Origin: Betaproteobacteria bacterium
GTDB lineage: Bacteria; Pseudomonadota; Gammaproteobacteria; Burkholderiales; Burkholderiaceae_C
Direction: 5' to 3'
Length of the DNA: 49,375 nucleotides
Assembly: GCA_025360705.1 (NCBI GenBank)
Contig: JANYBQ010000046.1
Location: 1 to 49,375 of the forward strand
In this document: piece by piece, positions 1 through 10,542 of the stretch
How positions within the stretch are numbered: the stretch's first letter is position 1
Layout of the letters: each line of letters starts with the position of its first letter
Program-made: the position numbers and the translations under genes
Notes under the pieces: generated by a model
The model's input: only the letters and a program-made list of their open reading frames with translations
The model's database searches: none
Told to the model about the DNA's origin: nothing

Positions 1-2
1 TG

Positions 3-488
3 GAGCAGGTGCAGGCCTACTTGACGCCATTATGTGCCGCCACCGATCAAAGCCTGCGTGAGGCCTTTGTGCGTATCGCTGAAACCAGTGATGAAGACGG
101 GCATGTGAATATCGAAGGCCGCGAACTGAAAGCTTTGCGTCGTGCCGGTAGCGTGATTTGGTTTGATTTTGCCACTTTATGCGGCGGCCCACGTTCGCAA
201 AACGACTATCTGGAAATCGCCACGCAGTTTCATACTGTCCTGCTCAGCGATGTTCCCGCCATGCCGATGCGTATGGCGTCGGAGGCGCGACGCTTTACCT
301 GGCTGATCGACGTTTTGTATGACCGGCGCGTCAAATTGATAATGTCGGCGGAAGTGGCGCCGGAGTTGTTGTATCCCGAAGGCCCGCTGGCGCATGAATT
401 CGTGCGCACCGCGTCGCGTCTGCATGAAATGCAAACCAGGGTTTACGTCGCACAGCAGCGTAGACTCGTGAATACGGATTTGACATGA
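3..488 (+). CDS. zapE: Cell division ATPase ZapE (AFG1 family), 5'-partial at window edge
   Basis: C-terminal ZapE motifs WFDFATLCGGPRSQNDYLEIA, EARRFTWLIDVLYD, FVRTASRLHEMQ; frame is open to the window edge. Confidence 0.9.
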   Translation, partial: EQVQAYLTPLCAATDQSLREAFVRIAETSDEDGHVNIEGRELKALRRAGSVIWFDFATLCGGPRSQNDYLEIATQFHTVLLSDVPAMPMRMASEARRFTWLIDVLYDRRVKLIMSAEVAPELLYPEGPLAHEFVRTASRLHEMQTRVYVAQQRRLVNTDLT

Positions 489-826
489 AACATCTGGTTC
501 TTTTAATGTGCTTGATTCTTCTAGCTCCGAATGCAAGACCGCAGTCGGGCGAGGAAATCGAAGACACATTCAGGCTGCGTGAGCAGGCGGAGCGGGAGCG
601 TATTCGGCAGACCCGAAGCAGCGAGCAAGGGCTTTTTACCGCCCAGGAAGCGCAGTGTTATGCGCGCTTCGCGGTGAACGACTGTTTGATCGAGGTTCGT
701 GCGCGGCGCCGCCAAGTGCTGGGCGATCTGCGGCGTCAGGAAATTTTGCTAAATGACGTACAACGCAAGCGCCGGGGTGCGGATCAGCTGCTGCGTTCCG
801 ACGCACTGAATACGGGTGCACCTTGA
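485..826 (+). CDS. Exported hypothetical protein (signal peptide, helical, CYARFAVNDC motif)
   Basis: ATGA overlap with zapE stop; hydrophobic N-terminus MKHLVLLMCLILLAPNA; coiled-coil-like charged body. Confidence 0.7.
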   Translation: MKHLVLLMCLILLAPNARPQSGEEIEDTFRLREQAERERIRQTRSSEQGLFTAQEAQCYARFAVNDCLIEVRARRRQVLGDLRRQEILLNDVQRKRRGADQLLRSDALNTGAP

Positions 827-927
827 GTTTTCAAGTTCAGCCCGCCGTCAGTGAAGATTTGAAACGAGCCGGTAAAGGCCTCACCGCAGGCCGGATTTGC
901 CCGCGCAATATAAAAAGATTCAGGGCC

Positions 928-1689
928 TCAGGAACCGAGCGGCTCGAGTTTCACTACCACCAGCGAAAGATTGTCGCCCGAGCCGAGTGAGCGCGAGCGT
1001 GCCTTGTCGATGAGGAATTCAGTTGCCTCGCGCGCCGACAGTTTGGCCAGCACGGAACCAATTTCCTCATCCGTAAAGTAGTGCCAGATCCCGTCGCTAC
1101 AGGCCAGCAAGCTGTCCCCTGAGCGCAGCTTGGGAATCAAATGAATGTCCACGGGCGGGTCGCTCTCGGTGCCCAGGCAACCCATCAAAATATTGGACTG
1201 GGGGTGAACATTGGCCTGTTCTTCTGTAATCTCGCCGCGTTTGACCAGCAATTGAACATAGGAATGGTCGATCGTACGCCGCACGAATTGGCCTGCGTGG
1301 TAGTGGTAAACACGCGAGTCGCCAGCATGTGCCCAATGGCAATCGCCGGCCGAATTGATCAGGAATACCGCAACCGTGCTGTGCGGCTCCTCCTCAGCCG
1401 ATATAGCGGTAAGACGAATCACCACATGGGCCTCGCGCGCGATTTGCATCAACGTGCTGGCCGCATCGTCCACATCGGGCGCATACCGCTCGAACAATTG
1501 CCTGGCCGTCATGATGACCTGGTCCGACGCTTTGCGCCCGCCGCTGCGCCCCCCCATGCCGTCGGCGATGATTCCCAGTACGCAGCCATGGGCGCGCGGA
1601 TGGTTCAACAAGGCCACACGGTCCTGCTGGTAGTCGCGGTCACCTTTGTGAATCCCGGTGGAAGCGGTAAGTCTGTAACCGTTGGTCAT
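928..1689 (-). CDS. PP2C/PPM-family Ser/Thr protein phosphatase
   Basis: Motifs RDYQQD, IIADGMGG, AHAGDSRVY, LLACSDGIW, GDNLS; start placed at ATG 1689 (MTNGYRL). Confidence 0.9.
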   Translation of the reverse strand: MTNGYRLTASTGIHKGDRDYQQDRVALLNHPRAHGCVLGIIADGMGGRSGGRKASDQVIMTARQLFERYAPDVDDAASTLMQIAREAHVVIRLTAISAEEEPHSTVAVFLINSAGDCHWAHAGDSRVYHYHAGQFVRRTIDHSYVQLLVKRGEITEEQANVHPQSNILMGCLGTESDPPVDIHLIPKLRSGDSLLACSDGIWHYFTDEEIGSVLAKLSAREATEFLIDKARSRSLGSGDNLSLVVVKLEPLGS

Positions 1690-1802
1690 TTTTAAACCGC
1701 CTGCGTAGCCCGGCGCCCAAAAGCCGGGGATAAGCACGTATTATCGAACCCGCCCGCGAGACATCGCGCACGCACCGACCGGAACAATTCTAGACCCATC
1801 CC

Positions 1803-2006
1803 GTGCAGATCAATCATCACTCTCCGGACCGGCGCTTGATCGAATTGGCGATTGAACACGCGGACCTCGACAACCTGATCGACCGCGCCTCCGGCACCAG
1901 CCCGGTGGATGAAATCATGATACGCAGGCTCAAGAAACGGCGTCTTCTATTGAAAGACGAGATGGCCCGTATCCGCGGCTCGTTATCCCCCGACGAGTCC
2001 GCCTGA
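1803..2006 (+). CDS. DUF465/YdcH-family small coiled-coil protein
   Basis: EHADLDNLI...IRRLKKRRLLLKDE pattern; GTG start; 3 bp before helicase. Confidence 0.8.
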   Translation: MQINHHSPDRRLIELAIEHADLDNLIDRASGTSPVDEIMIRRLKKRRLLLKDEMARIRGSLSPDESA

Positions 2007-2009
2007 CGC

Positions 2010-4019
2010 ATGAGTTTGCAGGATCGGGTCGAGCAGGCTTTTGCACCCGGCAGCGCCCTGTCGCGTTCAATCGAGCAGTTCAATCCGCGTGCCGGACAAA
2101 CCGAAATGGCGATCGCGATCGCACGCACCATCGACAACGGCGGTACCCTGGTCGTCGAGGCCGGAACGGGAGTCGGAAAAACCTTTTCATATCTGGTTCC
2201 GGCCTTGTTGAGTGGTGCACGCGTGTTGTTGTCGACCGCCACCAAAACTTTGCAGGACCAGTTGTTCGGACGCGATCTGCCGCAACTGGTGCAAGCGCTC
2301 GGGCTGCCGGTGCGACGCGCTCTGCTAAAAGGGCGCGGCAGTTATTTATGCCTGCACCGCCTGGAGCTGGCACGCCAGGATGCGGTGTCGCGGGACCGCA
2401 TCGCCATGCGGACACTGGCCAAAATCGAACAATGGTCGCACGTCACAAAAAGCGGCGACCTGGCCGAGCTGGCCGGCCTGGACGAGCGCTCGCCGATGCT
2501 GCCGCACGTGACGTCAACGCGCGAGAATTGCCTGGGAGCCCAATGCCCGAAGTTTCGCGGTTGCCACGTCAATCAGGCGCGGCGCGAGGCGCTTGCCGCT
2601 GACGTGGTGGTCATCAATCACCATCTGTTTTTTGCCGATCTGGCGGTGCGCGAGTCGGGCATGGCGGAGTTGCTGCCAACCGTGCAAACGGTGATATTCG
2701 ACGAAGCGCATCAACTCAATGAAACCGGCTTGCAGTTTTTGGGCCGGCACCTGACTACCGGCCAGGTGATCGACTTCGCGCGCGATTTGCTTGCGGTCGG
2801 GCTGCAACAGGCGCGAGGCCTCAAGGATTGGCAGCAACTGGCCGCCGACACCGAACGCGCGGCGCGCGATCTGCGTATGTTGGTCGGGCGGCCGACCGCC
2901 GTCCGCCTGCGCTGGTCCGACGCGGTGCCCGATCAGGTCGAGCCACATGGCTGGGGAGAATGCATGGCGGCCCTTCACGAGGCATGTGCCAATGCGGTGG
3001 CGGCAATTGGCGGTGTGGTCGAACTCGGCCCGGACTTGGAACGCCTGCGCGAACGGGGCGCGGGGCTGGCCACGTTGGCGGAATTTTTTCTCAAGCAGCG
3101 CGACCCCGCATGCGTGCGCTGGCTGGACGTGGGTGCGCAATTGCGGTTGATCGAGTCGCCGCTGGATATCGCGCAGGCGGTTCAGGACAAGGTCCTCAAA
3201 TCAAATAATGAGGCGGATAACCGCCGCTCCTGGATTTTTACGTCCGCGACATTGGGCGACGATCCGTTGTTGCGCTGGTTTACCGAACCGTGTGGCCTGT
3301 CGGGTGCGCGGATTTTGCGTGTGGAAAGTCCGTTCGATTACCAGAGCCAGGCGGCGTTGTATGTGCCGCGCGACTTGCCCAAGCCCAACGACCCCGAGCA
3401 CAGTGCCCAGGTCGCCGGGCTGGTGGCACGTGTGGCACCGCTGATAGGCGGGCGTACGCTGGTACTGACGACCACGCTGCGCGCATTGCGCGGCATCAGT
3501 GAAGCGCTGACCCTTTACTTCAGCGCATCGCAAACGATGCGGATATTAGTTCAGGGCCAGGGTCCGAAACGCGAGTTGATGGATCGGTTTCGCAATGCCG
3601 CTAGCGATGGCGGCCCGGGTTGTATCCTGGTAGCGTCGGCATCGTTTTGGGAAGGCATCGACATACCAGGCGACGCATTGCAGCTGGTGGTGATCGACAA
3701 GTTACCGTTTCCGCCGCCCAACGACCCGCTGGTGGAAGCGCGCTCCAGCCGCCTGGAAGCGGCCGGTAGAAGTGCCTTCAACGACTACTTCATTCCCGAG
3801 GCGGCGGTCGCGCTCAAGCAGGGTGCAGGCCGCCTTATACGGCGCGAGTCGGACCGGGGCGCGCTGGTGCTATGCGACACCCGCCTGGTGTCTATGGGTT
3901 ACGGTCGCCGCCTGCTGGCTGCGCTGCCACCCATGCGCAGGATCAAGGCCGAGGCCGAACTGGTGGACGTACTGTCCGGCTTCACCACACCTTCCACCAT
4001 GGATCCGAACTGGGCCTGA
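2010..4019 (+). CDS. ATP-dependent DNA helicase, DinG/YoaA family (Fe-S)
   Basis: Walker A EAGTGVGKT, Fe-S cysteines (YLC...ENCLGAQCPKFRGC), DEAH box, SFWEGID, KQGAGRLIR. Confidence 0.92.
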   Translation: MSLQDRVEQAFAPGSALSRSIEQFNPRAGQTEMAIAIARTIDNGGTLVVEAGTGVGKTFSYLVPALLSGARVLLSTATKTLQDQLFGRDLPQLVQALGLPVRRALLKGRGSYLCLHRLELARQDAVSRDRIAMRTLAKIEQWSHVTKSGDLAELAGLDERSPMLPHVTSTRENCLGAQCPKFRGCHVNQARREALAADVVVINHHLFFADLAVRESGMAELLPTVQTVIFDEAHQLNETGLQFLGRHLTTGQVIDFARDLLAVGLQQARGLKDWQQLAADTERAARDLRMLVGRPTAVRLRWSDAVPDQVEPHGWGECMAALHEACANAVAAIGGVVELGPDLERLRERGAGLATLAEFFLKQRDPACVRWLDVGAQLRLIESPLDIAQAVQDKVLKSNNEADNRRSWIFTSATLGDDPLLRWFTEPCGLSGARILRVESPFDYQSQAALYVPRDLPKPNDPEHSAQVAGLVARVAPLIGGRTLVLTTTLRALRGISEALTLYFSASQTMRILVQGQGPKRELMDRFRNAASDGGPGCILVASASFWEGIDIPGDALQLVVIDKLPFPPPNDPLVEARSSRLEAAGRSAFNDYFIPEAAVALKQGAGRLIRRESDRGALVLCDTRLVSMGYGRRLLAALPPMRRIKAEAELVDVLSGFTTPSTMDPNWA

Positions 4020-4788
4020 AACCATTGGCCATGTATCCGCTGTTGGGGTAACTGGCTAACAACACGCGTTTGGAATCGTCCCGCAATTCGGTCATGCCCA
4101 GCGCATCGTATGACCTGACCATGATGTACAGGGCTTCTTCCAGCGCCGGCACGTCGCGGTAATCGGCCAGTGCCGACTGCGACCGGTTGATAGCCGCCAG
4201 ATAGGCTCCGCGCCTGTAGTAATAACGCGCCACGTGTACCTCGTACTCGGCCAGCGAGTTGACAATATAAGTCATGCGCAAACCTGCGTCGGGCGCGTAG
4301 CGCGAATCGGGGAAACGGGCCACCAGTTCCTTGAACGCTTCAAAGGACTCCTTGGCCGCTTTCTGGTCGCGCTCCGACAAATTCTGCCGGCTCAAAAACG
4401 AAAACCAGCCCAGATCGTCGTTGAAGTTGATAACGCCTTTTAGATACAAGGCGTAGTCGATGGCCGGGCTGGCGGGATGTAATTTCATGAAACGGTCAAG
4501 CGTCGCCAGGGCTTGTGCCGAATCGGCCGCTTTGTATTGCGCGTAGGCTTTCTCCAACTGAGCCTGTTGTGCTAGTGGAGTGCCGGCAGCGCGGCCTTCG
4601 AGTTTTTCAAACAGGAGTACCGACTTGTCGTAGGAACCCCCATTCAGTTCATCTTTAGCCTCGGCATAAAGTCGGTTGGGACTCCAGTTGGCGGTTTTGT
4701 CATCGGGTGTTGAGGAGCAACCGGCGACAAACACGGTGGCGCCGGACAACACCAACATGAGGACCATCGATAATTTGACTCGGAGCAT
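3982..4788 (-). CDS. bamD: Outer membrane protein assembly factor BamD (lipoprotein)
   Basis: Lipobox VAGC, TPR-like repeats, FPDSRYA, C-terminal PWWKVW; divergent from rluD as is typical. Confidence 0.93.
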   Translation of the reverse strand: MLRVKLSMVLMLVLSGATVFVAGCSSTPDDKTANWSPNRLYAEAKDELNGGSYDKSVLLFEKLEGRAAGTPLAQQAQLEKAYAQYKAADSAQALATLDRFMKLHPASPAIDYALYLKGVINFNDDLGWFSFLSRQNLSERDQKAAKESFEAFKELVARFPDSRYAPDAGLRMTYIVNSLAEYEVHVARYYYRRGAYLAAINRSQSALADYRDVPALEEALYIMVRSYDALGMTELRDDSKRVLLASYPNSGYMANGFRPSSDPWWKVW

Positions 4789-4819
4789 GGGGACTACCTT
4801 GTTGAAAAATTCCGCTTTG

Positions 4820-4825
4820 ATTATA
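4820..4825 (-). promoter_or_regulatory. Putative sigma70 -10 element (TATAAT) for bamD
   Basis: Perfect TATAAT on the minus strand about 30 nt upstream of the bamD ATG. Confidence 0.45.
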
Positions 4826-4828
4826 TCG

Positions 4829-5809
4829 ATGGACCCTGCCGAGGCCGAGCCGGAAGACGTGGCTGGTACAGGTCCGCAGGTCGAACTGCGCGAGCTGACG
4901 GTGGACCCGGCACACCACGGAGAGCGGCTGGATAAATGCCTGGTCAACGCCATCACCGAGTTTTCACGCAGTTATTTGCAACAGTTGATCGTCGAGGGCG
5001 CGGTCGAAGTGAACGGTGTGCTCGCAGTCAAAGCTTCCAGCCGGCTTAAAGCGGGAGACCGGTTCCGTATTGCCTTGCAAGCCACGCCGCAGAGCCGTGC
5101 CTTCAAACCGCAGGCAATGCCCCTGCAAATCGTGTTTCAGGACCAGCACATGCTGGTGATCGACAAGCCTGCCGGACTGGTGGTGCATCCGGCTCCCGGC
5201 AACTGGAGCGGCACCTTGCTGAACGGTTTGCTGGCCTACGACCCGGCCTTTGCCGATGTGCCCAGAGCCGGCATCGTGCACCGGCTGGACAAGGACACCA
5301 GTGGTTTGATGCTGATTGCCCGCACTCGCCCGGTGATGGACATATTGGTGCAGATGATCGCTGCGCGCAGTGTGCAACGGCAATACATTGCGCTGGCGCA
5401 CCGGCCGTGGTCGGGACCCTTGACACGCGAGGTGTCGTCGCCGATCGGCCGCGATCCGAAAAACCGTCTGCGCATGGCGGTGGTCGATCTGGCGCGCTCC
5501 GCCGGCAAGGCCGCGCGCACCAGCCTGGAGATGTTGTGCAACGGCGATTCGGGTTGCCTGGTGCGCTGCACGCTGCACACCGGGCGCACACACCAGATTC
5601 GCGTGCATATGGCGTCCATCGGCCACGCGCTGGTAGCGGACCTGGCCTATGGCGGGTTCGCCGAGGTTGGAATGCAGCGCCAGGCTCTGCATGCCTTTCA
5701 TCTTGGGCTGACACATCCGGTAAGCGGGCAGGCGCTGGATTTCCAATCGGCCTTGCCGCCGGACCTGCACGCCGGGTTAAGGCAATGGAGATTTTCCTTG
5801 GAAGGCTAG
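4829..5809 (+). CDS. rluD: 23S rRNA pseudouridine synthase RluD (RluA family)
   Basis: S4-like N-domain (RLDKCL...FSRSYLQ), IDKPAGLVVHP, HRLDKDTSGL, TGRTHQIRVH; start uncertain (4817 TTG or 4829 ATG). Confidence 0.9.
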   Translation: MDPAEAEPEDVAGTGPQVELRELTVDPAHHGERLDKCLVNAITEFSRSYLQQLIVEGAVEVNGVLAVKASSRLKAGDRFRIALQATPQSRAFKPQAMPLQIVFQDQHMLVIDKPAGLVVHPAPGNWSGTLLNGLLAYDPAFADVPRAGIVHRLDKDTSGLMLIARTRPVMDILVQMIAARSVQRQYIALAHRPWSGPLTREVSSPIGRDPKNRLRMAVVDLARSAGKAARTSLEMLCNGDSGCLVRCTLHTGRTHQIRVHMASIGHALVADLAYGGFAEVGMQRQALHAFHLGLTHPVSGQALDFQSALPPDLHAGLRQWRFSLEG

Positions 5810-5955
5810 GCTACAATCCTGCTGATGATTCTGGACCCACAGGCGTGGGGCTTCTCCAGAAATACGCACGGCGGATGCCTCAGCCCGCTTGCTGCGCCCC
5901 AATTTGAATCTCACTGATTTGCACCCCTGCGGTGCCTTCCCGGAATCGCAAGACG

Positions 5956-6567
5956 ATGAATACGGCTCAGGCAAAGCGCGTACTGGAAACAGCCTTGATC
6001 TGTTCGCAACAACCGCTGCAGGTGCGCGACCTTCTGACCCTGTTCGAAGAAGAGGTAGGAGTTGAAACCGTCAAGCATCTGTTGCGGGAATTGCAGCTTG
6101 AGTGGGCCCAGCGGGGAGTCGAACTGGTGCAGGTTGCCTCGGGCTGGCGCTTCCAGAGCCGTCCCGAGATGCGTGAGTTTCTGGACCGTCTGAACCCCGA
6201 AAAACCGCCGCGTTACACCCGCGCAACCATGGAAACTCTGGCCATCATCGCTTACCGGCAGCCGGTCACGCGCGGCGACATGGAGGATATCCGGGGTGTC
6301 ACCATCAATGCCATGATCATTAAGCAACTGGAAGACAGGGGCTGGGTCGAAGTCATCGGACATCGCGAGGCCGCGGGTCGGCCGGCGCTGTTCGCGACTA
6401 CGCGGCAGTTTCTGGACGACCTGGGTATCGCGTCGCTCGACCAACTGCCATTGCAGAGCAAGGACGCATCGGCGGTCGACCTGCTGGAGCCATCGATGCA
6501 CTTGCCAGTGGACCCCCACGCGGATACGCGGCCGCCAACTCCGACAGACCCGATTTCTTTGGCATGA
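5956..6567 (+). CDS. scpB: SMC-Scp complex subunit ScpB
   Basis: [40 protein letters not shown]. Confidence 0.93.
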   Translation: MNTAQAKRVLETALICSQQPLQVRDLLTLFEEEVGVETVKHLLRELQLEWAQRGVELVQVASGWRFQSRPEMREFLDRLNPEKPPRYTRATMETLAIIAYRQPVTRGDMEDIRGVTINAMIIKQLEDRGWVEVIGHREAAGRPALFATTRQFLDDLGIASLDQLPLQSKDASAVDLLEPSMHLPVDPHADTRPPTPTDPISLA

Positions 6568-6574
6568 CCACACC

Positions 6575-8035
6575 ATGAATAACACCCATCCGGCGGATTC
6601 CCCCATGACGCACGAAACTGCAATAACCGATCAGCATCTCTCCGATGTTCCGGTGGATCCGGAACTGACGGAATCCAGCGCGGTCGGCCATGAAAAGGAT
6701 GCAAATTCGGATTCGCCCGAAAACCTGCCCGGTGCTGCCCATGCGCAACCCTCTGAGCGGGTCGAGAAGCCGGGCAACCGTTTTCTCGACATCGTCTCGG
6801 GCCGTTTCGATGCGGACGAGGAGAGCGCTGAGGTCCTGCCTCTCAAACGCGTTCTGGCACCGATGGCGGAAAGCCCAAAACTGCACAAAGTGCTGGCGCA
6901 GGCCGGCATGGGATCGCGGCTGGAAATGGAACAGCTGATCATGGAAGGGCGTATCACCGTCAACAACGAACCGGCGCATATTGGGCAACGCATCCAGTTC
7001 GGAGATCATGTCAAGGTCAACGGAAAGCCGATCCGGTTTCGTGTCGATCCGCCGCCGGCCCGTGTTATCGCCTACCACAAACCGGTCGGTGAGGTCGTCA
7101 CGCACGACGATCCACAAAATCGTCCAACGGTTTTCCGTCGTCTGCCCAAGTTGCAGCACGGAAAATGGCAGTCCGTAGGGCGGCTCGACCTGAATACCGA
7201 AGGACTGTTGTTGTTCACCAGTTCGGGCGATCTGGCCAACAATTTAATGCATCCGCGGTTTGGGCTGGAGCGCGAATACGCGGTCCGCGTGCTGGGAGCT
7301 CTGAGCAACGACGAAAAACAGAAACTACTCGATGGTGTGCGTCTGGAAGACGGCGTTGCGCACTTTGGTTCCATGGAAAACGGTGGCGGCGAAGGCTCCA
7401 ACTGCTGGTACCGGGTGACGATCTCCGAAGGGCGCAACCGCGAAGTGCGCCGGATGCTGGAAGCGGTGGGCCATGCGGTAAGCCGTCTGATCCGGATTCG
7501 TTACGGCGCCATGCTGCTGCCGCGCGGGCTAAAGCGTGGTGCCTGGATGGAGCTCGATGCCAATGACATCAATGCTTTGCGGGCCGCATCCGCCATACGC
7601 GGCCCGGCCGCGGCCGAAAACGGAGACGGGCGTGCTGCGCCTGCTGGCAATTCGGATGACCGTGGCCCGTCTGGCGGCGAAAACGGAGGTCGCAGGCGCA
7701 CTCGGGGCGGGCGCTCGGGCGCTGCCGGCCGCCCTGCCGACGGACAGCGCATGGGGCCATCTGGGATGGGTGGCGGGCAAGGCCAGGCGCGTAACGCTGG
7801 CGGGCCGGGTCAGGGGCGCAATAGTAACGACCGGTCCGATTCGGGCGCACGCGCCGACCGACAGGCCGCCGATTCGCAACCCGACCCAATGAAGACGGCG
7901 TTTGGCTACATCGGCGCTGACAGCTTCACGCGACAGCGGCAAGGGCAGAGGGGCGGGCAACGCGGTGGAAACGGCTTCTCGGGCGGGCCCGGAACAGGCG
8001 GCGGCAATAGCCGGCGCGGTGGCCGGACACGATAA
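6575..8035 (+). CDS. rluB: 23S rRNA pseudouridine synthase B with disordered N- and C-terminal extensions
   Basis: KLHKVLAQAGMGSR S4 domain, VGRLDLNTEGLLLFT, EGRNREVRRM; follows scpB. Confidence 0.88.
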   Translation: MNNTHPADSPMTHETAITDQHLSDVPVDPELTESSAVGHEKDANSDSPENLPGAAHAQPSERVEKPGNRFLDIVSGRFDADEESAEVLPLKRVLAPMAESPKLHKVLAQAGMGSRLEMEQLIMEGRITVNNEPAHIGQRIQFGDHVKVNGKPIRFRVDPPPARVIAYHKPVGEVVTHDDPQNRPTVFRRLPKLQHGKWQSVGRLDLNTEGLLLFTSSGDLANNLMHPRFGLEREYAVRVLGALSNDEKQKLLDGVRLEDGVAHFGSMENGGGEGSNCWYRVTISEGRNREVRRMLEAVGHAVSRLIRIRYGAMLLPRGLKRGAWMELDANDINALRAASAIRGPAAAENGDGRAAPAGNSDDRGPSGGENGGRRRTRGGRSGAAGRPADGQRMGPSGMGGGQGQARNAGGPGQGRNSNDRSDSGARADRQAADSQPDPMKTAFGYIGADSFTRQRQGQRGGQRGGNGFSGGPGTGGGNSRRGGRTR

Positions 8036-8113
8036 CAAGAATTCGCGCTCGGGTTAAAATGCGAGGCTTTGCCGCAGCGGCGGAAATCGCATCCAACAGC
8101 TCAGGAATGACCC

Positions 8114-8539
8114 ATGACCATTGAACGAACTCTTTCCATCCTCAAACCGGACGCAGTCGCGAAAAACGTAATTGGTCAAATTTACGCAAGGTTTGAAGCA
8201 GCCGGCTTGAAAGTCATTGCCGCGCGGATGGCGCGCCTGTCAGTTGCCGAGGCCGAGGCCTTTTACGCGGTTCACAAAGGGCGTCCGTTTTTCAACGATC
8301 TGGTAGCTTTCATGGTGTCCGGTCCAGTAATGATCCAGGCGCTGGAAGGCGAAAACGCGGTCTTGAAAAACCGCGATCTGATGGGTGCTACCGACCCCAG
8401 GAAGGCCGCTGCCGGTACTATCCGCGCCGACTTCGCGGACAGCATCGACGCCAATGCGGTGCATGGGTCCGACGCCGTGGAGACAGCCGCCGCGGAACTT
8501 GCGTTCTTTTTTCCCGGCATGAACATTTACTCCCGATAA
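8114..8539 (+). CDS. ndk: Nucleoside diphosphate kinase
   Basis: [19 protein letters not shown] catalytic His; upstream TAAAAT at 8055-8060. Confidence 0.97.
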   Translation: MTIERTLSILKPDAVAKNVIGQIYARFEAAGLKVIAARMARLSVAEAEAFYAVHKGRPFFNDLVAFMVSGPVMIQALEGENAVLKNRDLMGATDPRKAAAGTIRADFADSIDANAVHGSDAVETAAAELAFFFPGMNIYSR

Positions 8540-8547
8540 CGCATTCC

Positions 8548-9702
8548 ATGTTGGCCAACCTTCTCGAATACGACCTCGAGGGTTTGGCCGCTTTTTGCGA
8601 CCGGCTGGGGGAGAAGCGCTTTCGCGCCACTCAATTGTTCCGCTGGATTCACCAGCGCGGCGCGTCCAGCTTCGATGCAATGACCGATCTGGCAAAACCC
8701 TTGCGTGAAAAGCTCAGGGTATCGTCCGAGGTACGAGGTCTTGCCGTGACGGCCGAACACCGCTCCGCCGATGGCACCATCAAGTGGCTGTTCGATGTGG
8801 GCGCGGGCAACGCGGTGGAAGCCGTCTTCATACCGGAAGACGATCGCGGCACCTTGTGTATTTCCTCGCAGGCCGGATGCGCCGTGGGTTGCCGTTTTTG
8901 CTCTACCGGGCACCAGGGATTCAGCCGCAATCTGGGCACCGGCGAAATCGTTGCGCAGTTGTGGTTCGCGGAGCATTTTTTGCGCCGCCACCTCCGGCGC
9001 GGCGACCGCGTTATCTCCAATGTCGTCATGATGGGTATGGGCGAGCCTTTACAAAATTACACGGCGCTGGTTCCGGCCCTGCGCACGATGCTCGACGATC
9101 ACGCATACGGCCTGTCGCGCCGCCGCGTTACGGTGTCAACCTCGGGCGTGGTGCCGATGATGGAACGTCTGGCACGGGATTGTCCGGTGGCGCTTGCGGT
9201 TTCCCTGCATGCGCCTACCGACGCGCTACGCGACAACCTGGTGCCGCTGAACCGAAAATATCCGCTCGACGAGTTGATGCGGACCTGTGTCGCTTATCTC
9301 GATCGCGCCCCGCGCGATTTCATCACTTTTGAATACTGTATGTTGGACGGCGTGAACGATCAGGTTGAGCAGGCCCATGCGCTGGTGGAACTGGTACGCG
9401 GATATACCGGCCCTAGCAACCCGAACTGGTGCAAGTTCAACCTGATTCCGTTCAATCCATTTCCGGCGTCCGGGCTGACCGGTTCGCCGCGTGCGCAAAT
9501 CGCGATGTTTGCGCGTGTTCTGGGTGACGCGGGTATTGTGACGACCATTCGCAAGACACGCGGAGATGACATTGAAGCCGCATGTGGACAATTGGCGGGT
9601 GATGTCAAAGACCGTACCCATGTCGCCGGCCGTATAGCGCAGCAGCGCACAATCATGCTCAAGCCCATTCTGCCGGCCGCGAGTGGACAGAAGGAGATTT
9701 GA
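8548..9702 (+). CDS. rlmN: 23S rRNA/tRNA m2A methyltransferase RlmN (radical SAM)
   Basis: CxxxCxxC (CAVGCRFC), MGMGEPL, AACGQL. Confidence 0.96.
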   Translation: MLANLLEYDLEGLAAFCDRLGEKRFRATQLFRWIHQRGASSFDAMTDLAKPLREKLRVSSEVRGLAVTAEHRSADGTIKWLFDVGAGNAVEAVFIPEDDRGTLCISSQAGCAVGCRFCSTGHQGFSRNLGTGEIVAQLWFAEHFLRRHLRRGDRVISNVVMMGMGEPLQNYTALVPALRTMLDDHAYGLSRRRVTVSTSGVVPMMERLARDCPVALAVSLHAPTDALRDNLVPLNRKYPLDELMRTCVAYLDRAPRDFITFEYCMLDGVNDQVEQAHALVELVRGYTGPSNPNWCKFNLIPFNPFPASGLTGSPRAQIAMFARVLGDAGIVTTIRKTRGDDIEAACGQLAGDVKDRTHVAGRIAQQRTIMLKPILPAASGQKEI

Positions 9703-9705
9703 CGC

Positions 9706-10542
9706 ATGGTAGAAATTACGAAATGCTGGTTGCGGCGCATGCGGTTGCTGTTGGCCTTGATGATTGCCGTGCCGGTTTTTTTGAATCTGGCGGCGTGCGC
9801 GAACCGCGCGGGTGTTGCGGGACAAAGCGCTCCAAAAGCCGACCTGGTTACCGATTCCGACGAGCCCGATGGGCGCCGACGCGCGCGTATCCGGCTTGAG
9901 CTGGCGGTCGGGTATTTCGAGGAAGGACAAACCACGATCGCACTGGACGAACTCAAACAGGCGCTCGCTGCCGATCCCAATTTTGGCGAGGCCTACAACC
10001 TGCGCGGCCTGGTCTACATGCGCCTCAACGATGTCGGCCTGGCCGAGGAAAGTTTTCGACGCTCGATTGCGCTCAATCCCGCTGACTCCAATGTCTACCA
10101 TAACTACGGCTGGCTGATGTGCCAGCAGAGCCGGTACGCCGAGTCGTTGCAATTCTTCGCGCAGGCGCTGGCAAATCCGCAGTATGGAGACCGGCCCAAG
10201 ACACTGATGACCCAGGGTTTGTGTCAAATCAGGGCGGGCCGTCCGGCGGAAGCCGAACTCAGCCTGACGCGATCGTACGAACTCGACGCCGGCAATCCCA
10301 TTACGGGTTTCAATCTGTCCACACTGCTTTTTCAACGGGGTGAGTTTGTGCGTGCCCAGTTCTACATCCGGCGGCTGAACAACAGCGAATCGGCCAATGC
10401 TGAGTCCTTGTGGCTTGGCATCAAGGTGGAGCGTCGGCTGGATAACCGCGACGCGGCGGAGCAACTCGCAAGCCAGTTGCGCAAGCGTTTTGGCCAATCC
10501 CAGGAACTGGCGCGGTATGACCGCGGGGCGTTCGATGAGTGA
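9706..10542 (+). CDS. pilW: Type IV pilus biogenesis/stability lipoprotein PilW/PilF (TPR)
   Basis: Lipobox LAAC, RARIRLELAVGY, NYGWLMC, SLWLGIKVE; position between rlmN and rodZ. Confidence 0.88.
   Translation: MVEITKCWLRRMRLLLALMIAVPVFLNLAACANRAGVAGQSAPKADLVTDSDEPDGRRRARIRLELAVGYFEEGQTTIALDELKQALAADPNFGEAYNLRGLVYMRLNDVGLAEESFRRSIALNPADSNVYHNYGWLMCQQSRYAESLQFFAQALANPQYGDRPKTLMTQGLCQIRAGRPAEAELSLTRSYELDAGNPITGFNLSTLLFQRGEFVRAQFYIRRLNNSESANAESLWLGIKVERRLDNRDAAEQLASQLRKRFGQSQELARYDRGAFDE

Noticed and set aside
3982-4019. 38-bp convergent overlap of helicase and bamD
   Set aside because: Short tail-to-tail overlap of two intact housekeeping genes; no evidence of special function
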